Shown here in pieces: positions 56,380 through 64,000 of a DNA stretch of 64,000 bases. Both the position numbers and the translations under genes were made by a program. The DNA comes from Octopus vulgaris (taxonomy: Eukaryota). The first letter of the stretch is position 1, and the number at the start of each line of letters is the position of its first letter. A model generated the notes under the pieces. That model was given only the letters and a program-made list of their open reading frames with translations, did no database searches and was not told the origin of the DNA. The stretch spans positions 59,520,001 through 59,584,000 of the forward strand of contig OX597828.1 in NCBI GenBank assembly GCA_951406725.2, written 5' to 3'.

Positions 56380-57185
56380 GACCTACGCCCTTATATCTTT
56401 CACAGTGGGCTTTCACTTTACTGAAGTTTAGTAAAAGAAATGCTGCTGCTCTGGCATCAGAAAAGTCTTTAACGTGTTTGGTATGAAAATCTATCAAAAT
56501 TTACCATCCACAGGCTCTACTCATCTCTCACCTCTCCGATCTGTGACTTCCTATAAGATGGAACCATTGCATTTACGGATTTCTTTCTTCCTCACTCTCC
56601 ATAATCTCTTTTATGCTACAGACTTCCCTTCTCTTACATCAATACCTACCTGCTGCCACATCACTAACACCTGCGCTTATGCAAATAACACAACCCTTTA
56701 TTTCTTCTCCCCTTTCCCCAACTAAGCATCATCCACACGCATTCTAGAGACTTCACATCGAACCTGCATTGTTTCCATAAATGGAGAGCTAGAGAGAGAA
56801 TTATCCAAGCGAAGCAGGTCAACCTTGTCCCTTTTGGTTACCAAAATCCCCAATAAAAAACACGCCAATTTTGCCCTACAACCTCCTTAAATTAAGTAAT
56901 ACTCAACAAGAACACTCATAACCTCAAATGCTGGTTTTACAACCACCGCGTATCTCACCTGCTGAAAATGCTTCTTTAGCATAGTTAAAAGCGCATCCTA
57001 TATATTGGCGCTTCTCTTGAAGTTCAAAATGCATTTCAGGTCCTAAGAGCTGCTGACAGGATAGATAGCTCACATCTGGGATGGTACTATAGCTCTGTAC
57101 ACAAACACTTTGGACAGCATACATTTACACATGAATACATTTCAATCACTGGTTGATGTACGCATTGTCTCGTCTTTTTTAGCAT
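56380..57185 (+). pseudogene. Very old LINE RT remnant
   Basis: KVFNVFG, STHLSPL and CAYANNTTLYF (YADD-like) in a pyrimidine-rich block. Confidence 0.4.
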
Positions 57186-57817
57186 TACCGTCCAGGTGAG
57201 GAACCTATACGCCAAGGAAACCGGGAAACCGACCCTTATGAGCCAGACGTGGCTCGAGAAGGAACAAAACAAAAAAACACAAGTTTTGCATGTATGTATG
57301 TGTACCATTACATGAATTTATACATAAAAGCAGACATATATACATGCATACATACGTACAAACATACATACATACATACATACATACATACATACATACA
57401 TGTATACATACATATATACATAACGCATACATGTGTGTGTATGTGTGTGTTTGTGTCTGTGTGTGTGTAAAACAGTAATCTCTCAATCTTTATTTCTCTT
57501 TTGCGATTAGAAAAGTTGAGAAAGTGTGTGAGAGTAATCGATGCAAAAAGTAAAAGGGAAAGAGAGAAGGGGAGGGGGAAGGTAGTATGAGAGTCAGGCA
57601 GAAAGTAACAGCGAGAGTGACACAATTCAGTTTGGTTTAGCAGTTCAATGATAACTAGTCGTTAGTGCTAATTTGTGCGTTAATTAATATTTATATGCAA
57701 AGAGGCCAGAGGTTATTGCAACTCCATATTTCTAGCTCATACTTAGCGTTTGTGCTTGAATAGTTCGTGTGAAAGCGAACTGTAGAGAACAGAAGAGAAA
57801 GAACGTATGAGAGATAT

Positions 57818-57853
<36 letters not shown>

Positions 57854-58211
57854 TTTTACTTGTTTCAGTCATTTGACTGTGGCCATGCTGGAACACCGCC
57901 TTTAGTCGAGCAAATGGGCCCCAGGACTTATTCTTTGTAAGCCTAGTACTTATTCTATCGGTCTCTTTTGCCGAACCGCTAAGTTACAGGGACGTAAACA
58001 CACCAGCATCGGTTGTCAAGCGATGATAGGGTGACAAACACGCACACACAAACATATACACACATATACATATATATACATATATACGACGGGCTTCTTT
58101 CAGTTTCCGTCTACCAAATCCACTCACAAGTCTTTCGTCGGCCCGAGACTATAGTAGAAGACACTTGCCCAAGGTGACAAGCAGTGGGACTGAACCCGTA
58201 ACCATGTGGTT
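57854..58211 (-). mobile_element. SINE family S-K
   Basis: Reverse complement of 5585-5955. Confidence 0.87.
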
Positions 58212-58352
58212 GATATATATATGTATATGTATATATTGAGGAAAAGAAGGTTAAATATGACAGAATATTTTTATAGTATAAGAGGGATTGAGAGAGAGAT
58301 AAAAGAAAAAACTATCTGTGAAGAATGTGACATCAGTGAGAGAGAGAGAGGG

Positions 58353-58383
<31 letters not shown>

Positions 58384-58989
58384 GTAAGAGAGATGAAGAG
58401 ACAGACAGACAGACAGTGAGACAGACAGGCAGACATACAAAAAGAAAGTGTAGCGCGAGTGAAATGCAGAGAAAGAGAGAGAAAGAGAGAGAGAGAGAGA
58501 GTCAGGAAAACAAAGTGAGAAACTGTAAAAGACAAACACCTGTGCAGTAGAATTAGTTTTCATAATATATTTTTCAATCTTAGGCAAGAAAACTGGTCAA
58601 ATGTTTGCAACACACAGATAAATATTTTCTAGACTGTATAACAATAAGAATTGTATCTTGAATTTGCCAACAAGCTCAGCGATCAAAAAACTTTAGAACG
58701 TATTGAACGCGAGATCAATGAAAAGCGTGTAGATTCAAAAGAAATGTACGAATTATATATCATTTAATGGTGGGAACAACGCAAAAGAGCGTAAAGAATG
58801 TATAGTGAAGATAATCTGCATGTAAAGAAAGAATTTCTGCAGTTATTACAAAATAGGAACAATATATTTTCTTTTGTAGCATGTATCTGTTTCCTTGGCA
58901 TTATAGAAAAATATTAGCAAGCATCGCAGAGGATTAAGTACACAAAAACACAGATAATACGCACGTGCGCGCACACACGCACACACACG

Positions 58990-59031
<42 letters not shown>

Positions 59032-59160
59032 TTATATACATTTAAGATCATTGGTACCATACAGAAATCTTTCTACTCTACCAGTTATTTTTACATCACC
59101 CTCAAATATCTCCATACACAGATGTGTATCTATCTATCCATCCATCTCTCTATCTATCTC

Positions 59161-59193
<33 letters not shown>

Positions 59194-59648
59194 ATATATA
59201 TATATATTTATCTATCTATCTATCTATCTATCTATTTATCTACTTATTTAGTATCTATCTATTTCTCAGTCTATTCCCAGTTTCTTCTGTAATTTTATCA
59301 AGTAGCTGAAGAACTTTATTCGAAAAGTAATATTTTTCTCATTCAATTTTGACCGCCGTTACTCTAATAACAGAATACAACATTCTCTAGTAGATGCGCT
59401 CTTGCATTGTATTTACTGATCAGGTTATATATACATAATATATATATATATATATGTATAGACACTCACAAACATACATAAGTGTGGGTGGATAGATCGT
59501 AACGATCTCGGACGTGTATAGGTCAAGTGAGTGTATATTCTATTTTGATAGTAAGACACCTGAACGCACAAATGCATATATACATAATACATAATGCATA
59601 CACAAACGCATACACATATATACATATATACATGCATATATACATATA

Positions 59649-59710
<62 letters not shown>

Positions 59711-59714
<4 letters not shown>

Positions 59715-60017
59715 AATTAAGGACTGAACACGAAAAGTGGACAGTCAACATGCTAGATATAGACGTCAAATCGCCATTCTCCACAAAGAGTCTATGTTCT
59801 CAGATCAAACTCAACACCAAACCAAATGATCTGAGAACATAGACTCTTTGTGGAGAATGGCGATTTGACGTCTATATCTAGCATGTTGACTGTCCACTTT
59901 TCGTGTTCAGTCCTTAATTGGTATATATTAATATTTTAATCTTCGGATTCTTTCTTTAATATGCTAGACCACTGGTTCTAATTGATAAATATCAATTTTT
60001 ACCCTTAATTTAATTTT
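59711..60017. mobile_element. Perfect 97-bp inverted repeat (59711-59807 and 59827-59923) plus 94-nt tail, in (TA)n
   Basis: No mismatch seen between the arms; 19-nt spacer; contains atgctagatatagac; the tail ends ttttacccttaattt. Confidence 0.93.
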
Positions 60018-60709
60018 ATATATATATATATATATATATGGAAAAGGAAAATAACGATTTCCCTGGTAGTTCTAATCAAATTAAATTTTTACTAATATAA
60101 ACTTAATATGATTGAAATGTTCATAAGATTCAATAATATAAAAAAAATTGTGCATCATCTTGTTTAAATGCACAAAATCCAATATTGTTAGTAGGGATCG
60201 AGAAGAAATGTGGATCATCTAATTTTCGATCATACTGAGTTAAGAGGTGGAAAAAATAAGGGAGAAAAGAAGATAGTAATAATAGGGTTTTGTTTACAGT
60301 TTCTGTGATTGTCTTTGCGTCGTGAGCGGGGACTTTCGCTTTTTGGAATCGTGTGCGGGGACATTTTGGGAATCCGATGTATTTTAAATTTTTTCCGTGA
60401 AGGGATCTGATTTTTGATTGATATTTCATATTATTGAAACTTGTAAAAGTTGAAACTTTTAAACACGTTTCTCTAATTCATCATTAAAAATTTTTATCAT
60501 CGATAAGCAAAAGATATTGTTGAAACTAGTTTGGTATATATGTAAATAAAATTTAATTAAAAGCATTTACAAAAGTTAGGTGCATTTTCAACAACAAATT
60601 TGCATATTGGTTTTCCTGCATCGAAATACACCTCCCCTTTTGATATATATATATATCTTCTGGTGTTCGTCTGGGGTGATTCATGTCGGATGGGTATGTT
60701 CATTATTTT

Positions 60710-61086
60710 TAGTGCTTTCAAATCCAAATTAAGAAATGTTGAGCTGACGAAAGAAATGTCGAGTTTTAATTCGGCTAATCTAGGAACGTGAGCGTTCTCA
60801 AATAATCTTTGTACATGTGATATTTTGTTGTTTTCCCTCCAGATCTACGTGAATTATTTTTGAGTAAGCACTATCAGGGAGATTCTTCTTAAAGTAGTAG
60901 AAATGGCTAAAGAAAATTTTTTTGGCTGCTATTTCTAAAAATTTCGGTATGTGGCAAAGTAAATTATTTTACTGAGCCCTTAATTATATAAAGTAATATT
61001 TTGAATACGCCTTGAATGGTCCTTTTACATACTGAACACTACTTGGTGAAATCAATTAATAACTAATTGATTTTACCCTTAATTAT

Positions 61087-61090
<4 letters not shown>
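60710..61090 (+). mobile_element. Single-arm diverged relative of the 12231-12947 element; HHR motif at 60739-60801
   Basis: Aligns by eye with 12583-12947. UUGAG-CUGACGA-A-AGA..GUCGAG/UUCGGC..UCU-A-GGAA-CGUGAGCG-U-U-CUCAA, with GAAA changed to GGAA. Confidence 0.8.
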
Positions 61091-61136
<46 letters not shown>

Positions 61137-61163
61137 GCGTGCACACACACACATATATAAACC

Positions 61164-61233
<70 letters not shown>

Positions 61234-61576
61234 GATTGATTGCTAGATAAATAGATAGATGGATAGTGAGAAATAAATAAATTGTGAGAGAAAGAGAGAG
61301 TGAGAGACAGAGAAATAGAGAGTGAGAGAGAGAAAGAGAGATTGAGAGAGAGAGAAAGAGAGATACAGGTGTAGATATATGTGAAGGGTTGCTGCAAAGT
61401 TTTTGACTTTAAGGATATCACGAAAGACCTGATTGGAGGCCTAAACCAGAGTTATTTACAGGGCTTAGATAACCTGAAGGACCGCTGAGGGGGAAATATG
61501 TTGCATAAAATCATAATTCGCTGATCCTGCTGTATTTTCTTTGACCCAGAGCCAGAAACTCTTCAGTCACCGCTCG

Positions 61577-61612
61577 TATAATCGGGTACGCAGCCGCGCG
61601 TACCCGATTATA
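61577..61612. repeat. Perfect 15-bp inverted repeat with 6-nt loop
   Basis: tataatcgggtacgc-agccgc-gcgtacccgattata. Confidence 0.85.
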
Positions 61613-61879
61613 TACGCATACACAACACTGAACCATACAGAAAATTGACACACACTCATACAGAAAAGTGCATGAAAATGATAAAATGCATAAAAATGAG
61701 AATAAGTTGGAATAAGTTCATCAATATAATTTGGTTGGCGTCGAAACACGCACACAAACAAATGCACAAACATATATGTGAAGAGACAGAGAGAGGGAGA
61801 GCAAGGGAGAGAGAGCGAGGGGGGTATAAACTGAAACAGGAATATATCTATTAGTCTATCTAACCACATTTATATCTTT

Positions 61880-61919
61880 ATATGTATGTGTATACGAATG
61901 TATGAATTTATATATATAC

Positions 61920-61980
<61 letters not shown>

Positions 61981-62094
61981 TATATTTACATGTATATATA
62001 TATACATATATACATACATATGTATATATATATAGAGAGAGGGAGATATATATATTTACATGTATATATATACATATATATATTTACATGTATG

Positions 62095-62126
<32 letters not shown>

Positions 62127-62144
62127 CATACATATATATATATA

Positions 62145-62191
<47 letters not shown>

Positions 62192-62260
62192 ACATATATA
62201 CATATATAAATATATATATATATATGTATGTATGAATATATATATACTTATATAGAAAAA
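61880..62260. repeat. Compound (TA)n/(TATC)n microsatellite
   Basis: Direct reading. Confidence 0.95.
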
Positions 62261-63204
62261 TATAAATGTGTGTGTGCAAATGGATTTATGAGTATGCATA
62301 TATGTGTGCGTGTTTGTATGCACAGATGTGCGTCACGCGTGTTTGCGTGTGCATGCATGTATATTTGTGTCCGTGTGCTTGGTATCCGCATATGAATGTA
62401 TACACTTTGATAACCACATTAACTTCCTACTTCCATACAACTCATTATTTAACAATGAAGAAAAAAACCATTTCCTTTGAAAATAAATAATACAGGAATA
62501 CCATGTATATTCCGAATAAGATTATTATAGAAAAATGATTCTTTCGGAAATATAATTGTGTGTGTACAAAGTGCTTAAACATCGCTTTTGTTTTTTCTTT
62601 TTTTTTTTCTTCTTTTTTTTTTTTTGCATTACGCACTTTCTCTTAAGTAAAAAAGCATAAAGTCTTACCTGATGCGTTGATTAATATTACTTCTAGTGTT
62701 TATCTTCCTCGCATTTATACAAACTCGCTCACTGACGAGTTTGAGTGTGCATGCATGGATACAACTGTCTGTGTATAACCTGATAGTTTGCTTATGGTTG
62801 TCGTTACATATTGGTGTGTGTTGTTTTGCCCGTTAACTGCTGACAATAATATTGCGCCGATCAACTTATATTCGCGTCTTCTAACCGCGCAATGTATGAG
62901 CACGACGGAGAGGTAGAGGAAGAGACGGATAGCAGCAGAAGAGTTTGTGTTACGTAAATAGCATATGAAAATGATGATGATGATGATGATGATGTTGATG
63001 ATGAGGATGATTACGACAACGACCACGACTAATTCGATACTGATGATAATAATGATGATGTTACGCAGAGGTCGGTAATAATTGCTAATATCGGCCGTGT
63101 TGTGGACAACAGTGCAACTAGAGTAAAAGTTTAGCATAAATAAATACTTAAATGCATGCATACATATATACATGCATACATTCATACATACATACATACA
63201 TACG

Positions 63205-63236
<32 letters not shown>

Positions 63237-63296
63237 TATATATATATGTATATATATATTCCGTTCTGTTTATCTATCTATCTTTCTATCTATATC

Positions 63297-63374
<78 letters not shown>

Positions 63375-64000
63375 GCATTACTATAAGTGAATAAAGGGGC
63401 ATATTATTCAATCAGTTCCATTTTTTAAACACGACAACGTATGTTGTCACTCCACATAATTAATTTGTGTGAGCGTTTGTGTATTTATACATATTTCTGT
63501 TTCTATTTGCATCTATAACGACTCACATGTGTGTTTTGCATGTGTTAGTGTGTGTACAAGGGCGTGTAATTCGCGAATATCCATCGTGCGTGAACTGTAT
63601 TTACATCGGCAACTAATGACTGTATATCATGTGTATGAACACACGTGCATCGTGAATGTGCGCGTAGTTTGCAATGTCTACGGAGTTAGTGTTGGGTGAA
63701 TATGTCTGACGCTCTTTAACGAGATTAAGTGTTTTGCCTCTTGTGTGTGTGTATGCTTTTGTGTATATCTATTTGCATGTGTTTATATGCAAGTGCGAGC
63801 GTATTTATATATGTGTATGTGTTTGCGTGTGTGTGTGTATTTGTTTGTGAATCGGTGCATGTGTCGTGTGTGTCTGCAAGATTTTTTTATTTATATATTT
63901 TTGTGTGTATGTATGTATCTGTGGACGTGTGTGTGTGTGTGTGCCTGTGTATGCGTGTGTGCGTGTTTGTATGAGGAAGAGGCTTTCTGAATGTGTGTGT

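Overview
AT-rich, microsatellite-dense animal non-coding DNA. The SINE families look like those of octopus or another coleoid cephalopod (inference). No host protein-coding exon can be supported; most ORF-track entries are translated simple repeats. Recognisable mobile elements are CR1/L2-group LINEs (one near full length but dead), an RTE fragment, R4/Dong-like endonuclease fragments, a decayed Penelope-like element (RT plus GIY-YIG), Tc1/mariner, Chapaev3-like and hAT-like remnants, and many tRNA-derived SINEs. The main unexpected signal is a large, sequence-diverse set of non-coding elements lying mostly in (TA)n tracts. They carry type I hammerhead ribozyme (HHR) motifs, about 18 complete or degenerate ones found by eye. 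Most are asymmetric head-to-head fold-backs of 85 bp to 4.2 kb, in which one arm carries an extra 3' tail, usually 80-110 nt. Two are ~470-490 nt tandem units. Several share a GCTGCTATTTCTAG-like box and a TTTACCCT-like terminus. Some HHRs have non-canonical but recurrent cores (unpaired 10.1/11.1 position, U3-A8 swap, extra purine after A9), and one element has a tRNA-derived Pol III head. They are best read as Penelope-mobilised, retrozyme-like non-autonomous elements. All folding was done by eye and cleavage activity is untested.
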